Shown one piece after another: positions 44,112 through 53,254 of a stretch of 64,000 nucleotides of DNA. Numbering within the stretch: position 1 is the first letter of the stretch; each line of letters starts with the position of its first letter. The notes under the pieces were generated by a model. That model was not told the origin of the DNA. It saw nothing but the letters and a program-made list of their open reading frames with translations, and did no database searches. The translations under genes were made by a program, and so were the position numbers. Source of the DNA: an uncultured virus (IMG/VR IMGVR_UViG_3300025133_000075) (taxonomy: Duplodnaviria; Heunggongvirae; Uroviricota; Caudoviricetes). Location: IMG/VR virus record IMGVR_UViG_3300025133_000075, one strand, 5' to 3'.

Positions 44112-45863
44112 TTATGTCTCGGATATATCAACCTGAAGTGACACACTACCTGTTCCGACAGTGAACAAAATAGCCCCGCAATCATGGTAGCCTTCCACTC
44201 CCCATGCTATCTCATCGTGGCAGATCAAACAAAGTTTGCCCTCACTGCAGTGGCTTCCCCCTACTGCAATGTACAAGTCCCATGAAGTTAGCGTTTCGCC
44301 AGGAGGTGGTGGATCACAGGTGAGAGTACCGCAAGGAACGAAGCAGACATCGATATCACCGCATCCATTGCCGCTGCCTCCTATCCATTGACCTCCAGTA
44401 CAGCAATCCGTGTTGAATTCATTATTCAGCAAATTCCCAATACAATCGACGCGGCGAGTGCTGCCAGCTCCTATGCAAACATCCTCTGTGTCTTCATCGA
44501 TGTCGTACAAAAACGAAATGGGAAATTCTAAATCCTCCCAACAAGCAGTGGAGAATGGAGGTTCAGGAGGTTCCGGTTGTGTAACAGTCGCAAGTGTGAT
44601 TCGACAGATCAACGTGGCTGGTGGATACGGAGGAACCGAATCACAGCATTCAATACAAATCTCAGGATCGCAATTGCCGCATTCCAAACAACGAATGGCA
44701 ACGGAGTATGTTTCCAATCCCACTTCGAATTCAAAAGAGGTTCGTATATCGTAACACGTAGATACCGAAACAGGTTCCAGATCTACGTCGACAGCAGCCG
44801 ATGCTCCCACACTGCCCACGATCGTCCCGATCAACTCACAAGCGTCTGTTTCCGCATTCCGTTGAAGCGAGAACTCCACATCCATCGAACCGCTAGGATC
44901 GCAATCAAGTGTCCCAGACCAGTGAGGAGCAGCAGACTTGTCATTGCACAACTCCCCGTCGAATGAGGCGATGCCTTCACACCATTCATCTGTGGTCATG
45001 TTCGTGACGGATACGCATATTTCTTCGCACGTACAAGTACAATCACCACAGAAAGGACGAGCACATCTGTACAAATCGTCCGGTGGTGGACACAGACCGC
45101 TGATGAGCGACAATATATGATCAGGAAGAAGTACAGTGCCTCCATTGTTGTCAGCAGTGCCATCTGACAAAATCTCTGAATGAGATCCCCCACCACTCAA
45201 TGCTGTCTTTCCATTGATCTCGCTGGAGTCGGCATTGAACGTGCCTGCAGGCCAATAGGGAGTCGTGATTGCGTTGACTTCGATGCCAGCATTGGCCATC
45301 GTGTACGCTATCTGATACTGCGACACTTTCGCTGTGAGGCCGGTCTCTCCTTGATTCAACAGAATGCACACCTTATTCGCCGTAGGTCTCCAGACGGCAT
45401 CCCTGGCAGCAACCATAGCGATCTCAGTGGGTCTGTCGTTGCTGGGCGAACCTCCCGCATTTTCTGTGATTGAAATTGCGTCCATCGCTGCCAGAAAAGC
45501 TGTTCCATTATCAAGAGAAAATGGAAGGTCTGTTTCAACAGTACCGTCATCTAATCGAAAGGTTATGAGTCCCAGCTGGTAGGTTTCTGTGTTCTCTTCG
45601 AGCCAATCGACCAATGGTTGAAGAGCACCAGACTGAAGATCCTCAACAGCAGCAGTATTTGCTATCTGCGAATCGACCACCAGCATCACATCTACTTGGC
45701 ACGGATCGCCAGGAGGGGCACCTTTTCTCTTCTGCAGCTCGATCAGGGTCCGCTTGCTCCACCGAAAAACGCCTTCTTGTTCCCCGTCTTCTCCTGCGTT
45801 TTTTGTGTAGTCGACTTCGTTGTCCCAATTCCTACAGGTTATGATATTAGTTGTGTCTGCCAT
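44112..45863 (-). CDS. putative tail/receptor-binding protein: vWA-like domain plus Cys-rich region
   Basis: VDVMLVVD, LGLITF, WRPTANKVCILL (vWA pattern); dozens of Cys in the C-terminal half. Confidence 0.65.
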   Translation of the reverse strand: MADTTNIITCRNWDNEVDYTKNAGEDGEQEGVFRWSKRTLIELQKRKGAPPGDPCQVDVMLVVDSQIANTAAVEDLQSGALQPLVDWLEENTETYQLGLITFRLDDGTVETDLPFSLDNGTAFLAAMDAISITENAGGSPSNDRPTEIAMVAARDAVWRPTANKVCILLNQGETGLTAKVSQYQIAYTMANAGIEVNAITTPYWPAGTFNADSSEINGKTALSGGGSHSEILSDGTADNNGGTVLLPDHILSLISGLCPPPDDLYRCARPFCGDCTCTCEEICVSVTNMTTDEWCEGIASFDGELCNDKSAAPHWSGTLDCDPSGSMDVEFSLQRNAETDACELIGTIVGSVGASAAVDVDLEPVSVSTCYDIRTSFEFEVGLETYSVAIRCLECGNCDPEICIECCDSVPPYPPATLICRITLATVTQPEPPEPPFSTACWEDLEFPISFLYDIDEDTEDVCIGAGSTRRVDCIGNLLNNEFNTDCCTGGQWIGGSGNGCGDIDVCFVPCGTLTCDPPPPGETLTSWDLYIAVGGSHCSEGKLCLICHDEIAWGVEGYHDCGAILFTVGTGSVSLQVDISET

Positions 45864-45893
45864 GATCTCAATTTCTGTCTGGAGGTGCAATAA

Positions 45894-46688
45894 TCAGGCA
45901 CCGCTAAATAAGCCGGAACTTTCATCGCTGGAATCTTCACTACCTCCGAAACTTTCATCGCTGGAATCTTCACTACCTCCGAAACTTTCATCGCTGGAAT
46001 CTTCACTACCTCCGAAACTTTCATCGCTGGGGCTCTCGCTGCTCTCGGCACTTGATTCACTTGATTCACTTGATTCACTTGATTCACTTGATTCACTTGA
46101 TTCACTTGATTCACTTGATTCACTTGATTCACTTGATTCACTTGATTCACTTGATTCACTTGATTCACTTGATTCACTTGAGGCACTATCGCTATCGCTG
46201 TCGCTACTGCTCTCACTTGATTCACTTGATTCACTTGATTCACTTGATTCACTTGAGGCACTATCGCTATCGCTGTCGCTACTGCTCTCACTTGAGGCAC
46301 TACTCTCGCTATCGCTGTCGCTACTGCTCTCACTTGAGGCACTGCTGTTGCTTCCACTGCTCTCACTGTCTTCTTCACACAACTCAGCACAGTGGACCTC
46401 TTCTTCGTCGAGAGACACGCAGAACTCACAAGTCTCTTCGTTCCAAGAAGCCACAAAATCGATACCCCCTGCTGAGCCGGTCCACTCGCCAGTGGTTTCG
46501 TTGTAGACAGCAATGCCGTATTGGATCGCTCCGTCTGTAGGTTCCCATTCCAAACAGATCGTGCAAGGATTGATCTTACAACAACCACAGCCAGGAGTCA
46601 GATTTTCCTCACACTCCAAAACTGGCTCTTTATCTGCCTGGAATTTTCGAGTACCCAAGCCGATCACTGTAAATCTGTTCATCGGCAT
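45894..46688 (-). CDS. Cys-rich virion protein with a very long Ser/Glu/Asp tail
   Basis: CGCCKINPCTIC N-terminal domain, then ~155 aa of SES, SDSD and SDESFGGSEDS repeats. Confidence 0.75.
   Translation of the reverse strand: MPMNRFTVIGLGTRKFQADKEPVLECEENLTPGCGCCKINPCTICLEWEPTDGAIQYGIAVYNETTGEWTGSAGGIDFVASWNEETCEFCVSLDEEEVHCAELCEEDSESSGSNSSASSESSSDSDSESSASSESSSDSDSDSASSESSESSESSESSESSSDSDSDSASSESSESSESSESSESSESSESSESSESSESSESSESSESSESSAESSESPSDESFGGSEDSSDESFGGSEDSSDESFGGSEDSSDESSGLFSGA
45918..46030. repeat. 33 bp tandem repeat x3.4 (encodes SDESFGGSEDS)
   Basis: Unit ACTTTCATCGCTGGAATCTTCACTACCTCCGAA. Confidence 0.9.
46051..46256. repeat. 9 bp tandem repeat CTTGATTCA (x14 and x4; encodes SES)
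   Basis: Perfect units at 46051-46176 and 46216-46251. Confidence 0.95.
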
Positions 46689-47438
46689 TTAAGGACAATC
46701 TCCTGTGTACTCGACCATCAAGAGATCCCAACGCTTAGTGCAGCCGGGATGTTGGTTCCACCAAATAGCAAGTGCTCTCATACCAATCAGTGAATTATTT
46801 TCAAGAGAGGCAATGAATCCAAAATAGTCATAGATTCGATAAACCGCATCATCACCTTCCGAACTATCTGAACTGGCAGAACTCCCCGAGCTTTCAGAAT
46901 CATCTGGATCCCGAACAGTCGTAAGTTCTGCCCCAATCGGTGGAGTGCCGCATCCCGTATAGCGATGGATGTTGGCATCCAATGTGGTGACATACCCCTT
47001 TTCACAATTAGCGGTAACGATCGTGAAAGCGATCAGTTGCCCACCAGCTCCACCGTCGCCTCCAGTGGGAACATACGCACCTCTCTGGATATCGAAGTAG
47101 GCAATGAAAGTGTCTTCCAGTAAGGGGGACTCCCCTAACGGATCGAAAGGCCATGGTCCCTGCTCTTCTGCGATCTCCCACGTCAGCGAAATAGTGTCGT
47201 AGTACATCAATTTGATTTCGCGAAGATTTGTGTCTCCCTCGAAATCATCTTCATTTGTGATCTCTACCCGTCGCATTTCAAACGGAGGTGATCCAGCTAT
47301 TGCTCCTTTCTCGTCTCCGAACCCATACGATCCTACATGCCCCGCACCTAGTATATTGATCAACCGGGACATCTCGTTTAGATGTCCCGCTCCTAGTCGA
47401 TCTCGTTCTTTTTTGTCTTCAGGGAGTGGTAGTGTCAT
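46689..47438 (-). CDS. putative tail protein with an internal Ser-rich insert
   Basis: Position after the TMP-distal genes; DDSESSGSSASSDSSEGDD. Confidence 0.6.
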   Translation of the reverse strand: MTLPLPEDKKERDRLGAGHLNEMSRLINILGAGHVGSYGFGDEKGAIAGSPPFEMRRVEITNEDDFEGDTNLREIKLMYYDTISLTWEIAEEQGPWPFDPLGESPLLEDTFIAYFDIQRGAYVPTGGDGGAGGQLIAFTIVTANCEKGYVTTLDANIHRYTGCGTPPIGAELTTVRDPDDSESSGSSASSDSSEGDDAVYRIYDYFGFIASLENNSLIGMRALAIWWNQHPGCTKRWDLLMVEYTGDCP

Positions 47439-47445
47439 GTTATAT

Positions 47446-48432
47446 CTACACGAACATGTCAGAGAAAGCGAATCGTCGGTACTTTGGAGAGCCGTCTTCC
47501 AAGATTACCCGTCGCCAACCTTTACCTGGATACCAGTCATGCTGATGGCCGCAAACGATACCTTTCCAATATACCCGCTTCTCTGACAGCTTCATTGTCA
47601 CATCGATCGGAGGGGAGTTCACCAACCCATTCCGCCATGTGTATGATTCTTTATAAGTGAAGCCGTTAAACAGTACAGTGTCTGGAGCTGCATCCAACAA
47701 CCATGGTAAAACATCACTATTCACTCGACCGGCAAGCAGCCGCATCCTCCAGATAATAGTTGACTTGAACAGATCGAATGGAATCTGTTTCCATGTGATT
47801 GACCATTCTGTAGTTGGAACCAAAACCAAACTAGGAACTTGTGGGTGCCGATTGGGCTCTGGTTCTCCAGGAGTCACTGTGCCCCGTGGTTGCATCTTGA
47901 CGGGCGTGACTGGACCGCCTTGAGTTTGATCATCTTCGCCTTCTGAATTCGTATCATCGACGTTTGATGTTCCAGTCGATGGGGCATAGATGAAATGCCC
48001 ACCTTCGTTTGACGTGATTTCCAAGAAGGTCCTTGGATCGTTAGGGTTGCCATCAGGCTTGTTCGATGGCCCATACGTCACATCCACACTGATCAAACTG
48101 CCGTATGTATTCTCGTCTGCTGACGCATCCTGCTCAAACGGATCGATCGGCAGATCGTTTCCATCCAATGATTTATAAGTCATCTTCCGAGCAACAAACG
48201 AATTCAATCCAGGCATCGTGCTTGCTTGGGGGATGACAATATAACCAAGGTGGATTGTTGGAGCAGGAAATAATTCTTCCAACAATGGAATCAGATCCTG
48301 GCCCCTAAAAATAGCTCGCCAAGAGATCTCACCTTCCTCAGCTACAAAATTACCAGCCGTCCCAAGAAATCTATATTTGATCCCTCCGGCGGTTGCTTGT
48401 CGCCAACTGGTATAATCGGAAGCGTCTGCCAT
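47446..48432 (-). CDS. putative distal tail/hub protein
   Basis: Immediately downstream of the tape measure gene; GRVNSD....PDTVLF. Confidence 0.6.
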   Translation of the reverse strand: MADASDYTSWRQATAGGIKYRFLGTAGNFVAEEGEISWRAIFRGQDLIPLLEELFPAPTIHLGYIVIPQASTMPGLNSFVARKMTYKSLDGNDLPIDPFEQDASADENTYGSLISVDVTYGPSNKPDGNPNDPRTFLEITSNEGGHFIYAPSTGTSNVDDTNSEGEDDQTQGGPVTPVKMQPRGTVTPGEPEPNRHPQVPSLVLVPTTEWSITWKQIPFDLFKSTIIWRMRLLAGRVNSDVLPWLLDAAPDTVLFNGFTYKESYTWRNGLVNSPPIDVTMKLSEKRVYWKGIVCGHQHDWYPGKGWRRVILEDGSPKYRRFAFSDMFV

Positions 48433-48435
48433 CGG

Positions 48436-50451
48436 TTATGGTCCCAATCCAGGATTATTCTCTTGCGTAGCTGTCAGAATTTGTTGCTGAGTTGCGTGCT
48501 GAAGCCCAGCGATGTCGACAAGCTTACCGATGCCTTCATCTTTTTTCAGGATACTATCCTGGATCTTATCGCCAAACTGAGCGAATCCAAACTTGCCTGC
48601 TTTCAATGTGGCTTCTGCCTCTGCTTTTTCTTTTTCTTTTTCTTTTTCTTCTGGGCCGTCAGACTCATCCGGATCATCAGGAGGCTCTACTCCACCCTCC
48701 GGCTGAGCTTCTCGCAGGGCAATCGCTTCTTCTAGTGCCTTCTTTTCATCTTCCAGTGTTTGTTGTAATCCTTTTTCTTGGAACCCTTCCATCACATCCG
48801 TGATGGCTTTATCTCTAGCTTTTGTGAAAGCTTCCAATGGATTTTTGAATGCTTCTGGTTCTTCTTGTGTTATGAATTCTTGCATAAAAGCATCGTACCC
48901 AGCCGATGCTTGAGCTCCCAACCCCTTGCCTTCTATCATCGCTTGTGTGGATGCTGTTAAAGAAGCTTTTGCGGCTTTGAGCAAATTCAGTATTTCAGTA
49001 AACCCCCCTAGAATGTCATCTTTCCAAGCATTAAAAAAAGCTTTTACGCCTTCAAACACACCAATCAGACCACCAGCCCAAGCTTCTACTTCTTTCCCCC
49101 CAAACACATCGATGATTTTCAAGTTAAGATCGATCAATGCGATCTTGCCCTCATCAACACCGTTTCGCATCCAATAACCAATTTCTTTGGAAAACCATTT
49201 AAGCCACTCAGATCCTTCTTTGATTTTATCAGCAAACCATTTGATCCAGCCCGCAATGCTTTCAGTCGCTCCGGACAAAGCCTCTTCTAATGTCGACCCC
49301 AACACGCTTTCTATCAAATCAGACAGAGAAGACATAAGTTCCCCTCCCGCTTCTGCAAGATCCCCCCACGCAGAAGTCAGCGTCTCAGAAAAATAAGCTG
49401 TGGCATCTATCACCTCTTCCGTCTTCATGAACCAAGAAACAAGGCCCCCCACAGCCGCACCAATCGCAATAATAGCAGCACCGACCCCCGTGCCTATAAT
49501 CGCTGCTCGCATTGTGACCCCGAGCCCCTTCATCGCCACACTGGCAAGCTTTGCTGCTAAGCTGACCCCCAACAAAGTTGTTCCCAATTTCGCAGAAGAG
49601 ACTGCTCCAGTAAACGCAGCTCCGGCTACTCCATTTGTGGACTGCACAAACGCATCCATCGCTGCAACGGCCTTGATTTTCAGATCGATAGAAAACTTGG
49701 TGAAAGGAACGGAAGCTTCGGCCACATGTTGACCTAGAATGCCTATAGCATCATTCAAGGTAGAAGTCCTACCTTCCATCGTTAAAGCAGCTTCCGCCAT
49801 CCGATTAAAATTTCGATGACCTTCTGTCGTAGTGAACTCTAAAGCTTTCCTGAACAGATCGAAACTGATCTTGCCCGAAGTCATCATTTCCTGAGCAGCG
49901 GCTGTTGAGGGGGCTATTCCTGACTCAACAAAATCTTTCAAGTTAATAATACCACGAGTCGACAACTGTCGAAAATCTTCTGTCAGTAACTTGCCAACCC
50001 CACGAACTTGGTTGAACACGAGCCCCAACGCTTGGAATTTTGGTGCCGTTCCTCCAGAAGCGTCACCGAGTATTTTCAAAGTGTCCATCAAACCGTCACC
50101 CCGTTCACCAAAGGTGACTAGTTCCTGCGACACTTGCAACAATTGAGGCATTTCAAACGGAGTAGCCGCCGCGAAATCTGTGATCGAATTCAGTGTCTTT
50201 TCAGTGTCTTCAGCATTGCCAATCATTGCTTTGAATGCAACTTCAGAATTCTCTCGCATAGTCGCTGCAGCCATGCCCGCATCCAAGAACCGCTGACCGA
50301 ACATACTAAACGATCCCATCACAGCAACTGCGTAAGATCGGATATCTGTCATCGCAGACTTGACAAGACTCTTCGTATTGTCGAGGTCGCTAGGGAGCTG
50401 CGAATTGTCAGCTCTGGTTCGGATGTAAGCTCGTGCTAGTTCGATGCCCAT
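48436..50451 (-). CDS. tail tape measure protein
   Basis: ELARAYI N-terminus, FAAATPFEMPQL tape-measure motif, Ala/Gly-rich hydrophobic helices. Confidence 0.9.
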   Translation of the reverse strand: MGIELARAYIRTRADNSQLPSDLDNTKSLVKSAMTDIRSYAVAVMGSFSMFGQRFLDAGMAAATMRENSEVAFKAMIGNAEDTEKTLNSITDFAAATPFEMPQLLQVSQELVTFGERGDGLMDTLKILGDASGGTAPKFQALGLVFNQVRGVGKLLTEDFRQLSTRGIINLKDFVESGIAPSTAAAQEMMTSGKISFDLFRKALEFTTTEGHRNFNRMAEAALTMEGRTSTLNDAIGILGQHVAEASVPFTKFSIDLKIKAVAAMDAFVQSTNGVAGAAFTGAVSSAKLGTTLLGVSLAAKLASVAMKGLGVTMRAAIIGTGVGAAIIAIGAAVGGLVSWFMKTEEVIDATAYFSETLTSAWGDLAEAGGELMSSLSDLIESVLGSTLEEALSGATESIAGWIKWFADKIKEGSEWLKWFSKEIGYWMRNGVDEGKIALIDLNLKIIDVFGGKEVEAWAGGLIGVFEGVKAFFNAWKDDILGGFTEILNLLKAAKASLTASTQAMIEGKGLGAQASAGYDAFMQEFITQEEPEAFKNPLEAFTKARDKAITDVMEGFQEKGLQQTLEDEKKALEEAIALREAQPEGGVEPPDDPDESDGPEEKEKEKEKAEAEATLKAGKFGFAQFGDKIQDSILKKDEGIGKLVDIAGLQHATQQQILTATQENNPGLGP

Positions 50452-50460
50452 GGCAATCCT

Positions 50461-51603
50461 TTACTTGTACACTTCTTTGTAAGCCGCTGAGATCATTCTG
50501 GCCGCAAGTGATTCAGTCGGCATGTACTTCTTGAGAGTGGCCCCTGTCGACTTGATCACTTTTTCTTTGGGCTCTTTCACGAACTTCTTGACTGAATGAT
50601 CGTAGGCTTTTCTGGAGATGGATTTGAAATCAGCAAAGCCGGAAGCGATGCTCATGTTCGCCGCATACTTCAGAGCCATTTTCATCTTACTTTTAGGGGC
50701 AGCTTTAGCTACGCTCTGAACAGCTTTTGTCATCTCCGGTGATTTGGCCAGCCCAGACTTCAACTTGCCCAGATGAGCGATCGTCTGAGCTTCGTGGAGA
50801 GGATCAGAGCTGCTTTTCGGCTTCTTGCCCTTCGCTGCTTTGGCAGTCTTCTGAGCGTTCTTGTGTTGCATGAGTTCAATGGCTTGCTGCTCATTGACCC
50901 ACTTGTCCTTGCTAGTAGGCTTAAATCCGTAGCTCTTCTTGGCAGCATCGAGAGCAGCCGTTCGAACTGCCTGGCTGGTGATAGTGGGACGCTTTGGTGG
51001 CTTCTTGTCTTCCCTGACTCGCTGAGCCTCTGCTGCTTCGTCAAAGACTTCTGGATCTTTTGGGGGCTTCTTCTTGCCCACCTTCTTCTTCGAAGTCTTC
51101 TTTTTTGCGACCTTCTTTTTTGCGACCTTCTTCTTGGCAACTTTCTTCTTGGCAACTTTCTTCTTGGCAACTTTCTTCTTGGCAACTTTCTTCTTGGCAA
51201 CTTTCTTGGGCGGCTTACTGGCGAGTGCTAAGATCTCTGAAGCACTCATCGTATTAGTTTTTCCACTGCGATCGCGGACCAAGTAGCTAGCACGAAATCC
51301 ATTTGATGCAGTAGGCTGGACCACTCCTTGGATACTCATGCCATGAGCTTGTAGTGCTTGGTTTGCTGTTTGGATTGTGTACTTGGGGGGCTTCTTTTTT
51401 GCAACCTTCTTCTTGCCCACCTTCTTCTTCGAGGTCTTCTTCTTAGCAACCTTCTTTTTTGCTGGCTTCTTCGGCTTCCCTCCTGAGGCATTACCAGGAC
51501 ACGGACCCGGCTTTCCACCCCGACCCCCACACTTGCCGATCAGCACATCAACCGATTCTTCCAGTCGACCAAACGCTCTTTTTTTCTCGTGCTGCTTCTT
51601 CAT
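50461..51603 (-). CDS. histone H1-like Lys-rich protein
   Basis: Many KKVAK repeats (15 bp units around 51100-51205); N-terminal KCGGRGGKPGPCP. Confidence 0.75.
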   Translation of the reverse strand: MKKQHEKKRAFGRLEESVDVLIGKCGGRGGKPGPCPGNASGGKPKKPAKKKVAKKKTSKKKVGKKKVAKKKPPKYTIQTANQALQAHGMSIQGVVQPTASNGFRASYLVRDRSGKTNTMSASEILALASKPPKKVAKKKVAKKKVAKKKVAKKKVAKKKVAKKKVAKKKTSKKKVGKKKPPKDPEVFDEAAEAQRVREDKKPPKRPTITSQAVRTAALDAAKKSYGFKPTSKDKWVNEQQAIELMQHKNAQKTAKAAKGKKPKSSSDPLHEAQTIAHLGKLKSGLAKSPEMTKAVQSVAKAAPKSKMKMALKYAANMSIASGFADFKSISRKAYDHSVKKFVKEPKEKVIKSTGATLKKYMPTESLAARMISAAYKEVYK

Positions 51604-52064
51604 TTTTTCCTCCGGCGTCTTCGACTTCGCCTTGAGCCACTTCGTTTTTCAGCTTGGATCCGATCAGCTTCAATCTTTGCCGCTTCTTCCAGCTCCCGAT
51701 TCAACCGACGAGCCTTCGATTCACCAAGAATCTTGGCCCGCATCGGCTTTCCGTTTATGTCCCGACCAGCGACAAACCCATCAGCATCAGTTTTCATCAA
51801 CGAAGATGTCTCTTGTGAGCTCAGAGATTGGCTTCTACGTCGCTTTCCCCCACGCAAGACTTCTTTATCGCACAACCGGAAGAACACTTGGTCTATCGTA
51901 AACTGAGCAACCTGCTGTGGTGTGTAGCCACATCCCCCATCGAATGGATTGTCGCAAAGTATTCTGATGTGCTTTGGGCCGATTCCATACAGCAGATCAT
52001 TCGGCGTATCGTCAACTACTCCGGACTCTTCGCCGCCGCGTTCGTCGAGTCCTCTCCATTTCCC
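51600..52064 (-). CDS. tail assembly chaperone frameshift extension (gpGT-like C-terminal part)
   Basis: The -1 frame is open from slippery GGGAAAT (52058-52064) to 51600 and contains GYTPQQVAQFTIDQV. Confidence 0.8.
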   Translation of the reverse strand, partial: GKWRGLDERGGEESGVVDDTPNDLLYGIGPKHIRILCDNPFDGGCGYTPQQVAQFTIDQVFFRLCDKEVLRGGKRRRSQSLSSQETSSLMKTDADGFVAGRDINGKPMRAKILGESKARRLNRELEEAAKIEADRIQAEKRSGSRRSRRRRRKK

Positions 52065-52696
52065 GACACAGAAGGAGCTGAAATGGATTCGATTTCTCTA
52101 GACATCTCAGTAAACACACCCTGGTCTTTGACCAAAGTATTGAACAGCTCGTCTTTGGTTATTCCCGAGTCCTTCACCGCTTGGTGAACCATTGCCAACA
52201 TCCCTTCCGGTGTGCCCGTTATCCACCAATTGATGTATCCTGTATTCAGTTTTGTGATAGAAGAGCCCACTCGTTTCTCATACTCTGCTTCCGACAAAAG
52301 TTCTGAATCAAGAGCGAACGCCACATACTTCCTTTTCACTGTATCGGATTTATTAGCTGTGTATCCTGGGATGTTGTTCTTGGCCCATGATTCCAACTCT
52401 GGAGTTATGTTCGTTTTTGCTGTGTCGTACACAGCCCTACTCGGTAAATCATCCACATCCCAACGAGCGGAAGACTCCACCAGATTGATCATGTAAGCTC
52501 GTGGATCATCCAGATCCATGAACTCCAAAGACTCTTTCATGCGAGCGAGGTAGCCCAATCGGTACTGACTGACACAGTCCCGCTGCAGTTCCGTGATCTG
52601 TTTCAAATTCAACGGCTTTGGCACAACCTCCTTTCCGGCAACCATAAACGGAACGGCAGAGTTTGCTCCCAGAGCCCTGGCCACGTCATCAGACAT
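52016..52696 (-). CDS. tail assembly chaperone (gpG-like)
   Basis: Between tail tube and tape measure; slippery heptamer near the 3' end. Confidence 0.8.
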   Translation of the reverse strand: MSDDVARALGANSAVPFMVAGKEVVPKPLNLKQITELQRDCVSQYRLGYLARMKESLEFMDLDDPRAYMINLVESSARWDVDDLPSRAVYDTAKTNITPELESWAKNNIPGYTANKSDTVKRKYVAFALDSELLSEAEYEKRVGSSITKLNTGYINWWITGTPEGMLAMVHQAVKDSGITKDELFNTLVKDQGVFTEMSREIESISAPSVSGNGEDSTNAAAKSPE

Positions 52697-52741
52697 CTGT
52701 TTTTCTTTCTGTTCTAAAGTCCTAAATTCTGTTCAAACAAT

Positions 52742-52771
52742 AAAAATGCCCGTCTCTCTCGAAACGGGCAT
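52742..52771 (-). terminator. intrinsic terminator after the tail tube gene
   Basis: ATGCCCGT/ACGGGCAT stem followed by a T-run. Confidence 0.75.
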
Positions 52772-52810
52772 AGTCTACTTACTGAGAGACACCTTAAAGC
52801 ATTCCACTGC

Positions 52811-53242
52811 TTAGGTAGGTACAGTTCTGGCAGCTGCCCCAGCCTGGCCCGGATAGTGGAAGATACCATCTGCACCCCAGTTGGTATTCCAACCAATCAC
52901 TTCCTGACTGTCAATGTTGACTGTCATAGAAAAGTCTTCATTCATTGCACACGGGAAGTCCCAGTACAGCGAAGCATTCATCCACAGAGTAGCGATGACT
53001 TTGTCACCTGGCTGGAACAGGTCATACTGCTCATCTCCGGAATCGAATTTACCTTCTGCGGTAAAGGTTCCATCTTTTCTACCCGGCATGCGAGCTGTGT
53101 ATCCAGCAGTGTCTGAATCGCCCCATTCGCTTTTCGATGCGAGCTTGGAAGAAACAGCATGCTGTGTGGCTCTGGCGACACGAGTAGTGCCGACAGCAAA
53201 CACACCCAGAACTCCGGTGACTGCGGTTGTTGTTGCGGCCAT
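52811..53242 (-). CDS. major tail (tube) protein
   Basis: 143 aa; D..GY...MPGRKDGTFTAEG pattern; followed by a terminator and the chaperone. Confidence 0.75.
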   Translation of the reverse strand: MAATTTAVTGVLGVFAVGTTRVARATQHAVSSKLASKSEWGDSDTAGYTARMPGRKDGTFTAEGKFDSGDEQYDLFQPGDKVIATLWMNASLYWDFPCAMNEDFSMTVNIDSQEVIGWNTNWGADGIFHYPGQAGAAARTVPT

Positions 53243-53254
53243 GATTTATTTCCC

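Noticed and set aside
45820..46588. Alternative-frame ORFs with QVN, IHL or LDS repeats
   Set aside because: They are by-products of the stop-free 9 bp repeat; only the SES frame is contiguous with a coupled start and an N-terminal domain.
44112..47438. Diversity-generating retroelement targeting tail genes
   Set aside because: No reverse transcriptase and no adenine-mismatched template/variable repeat pair were seen.
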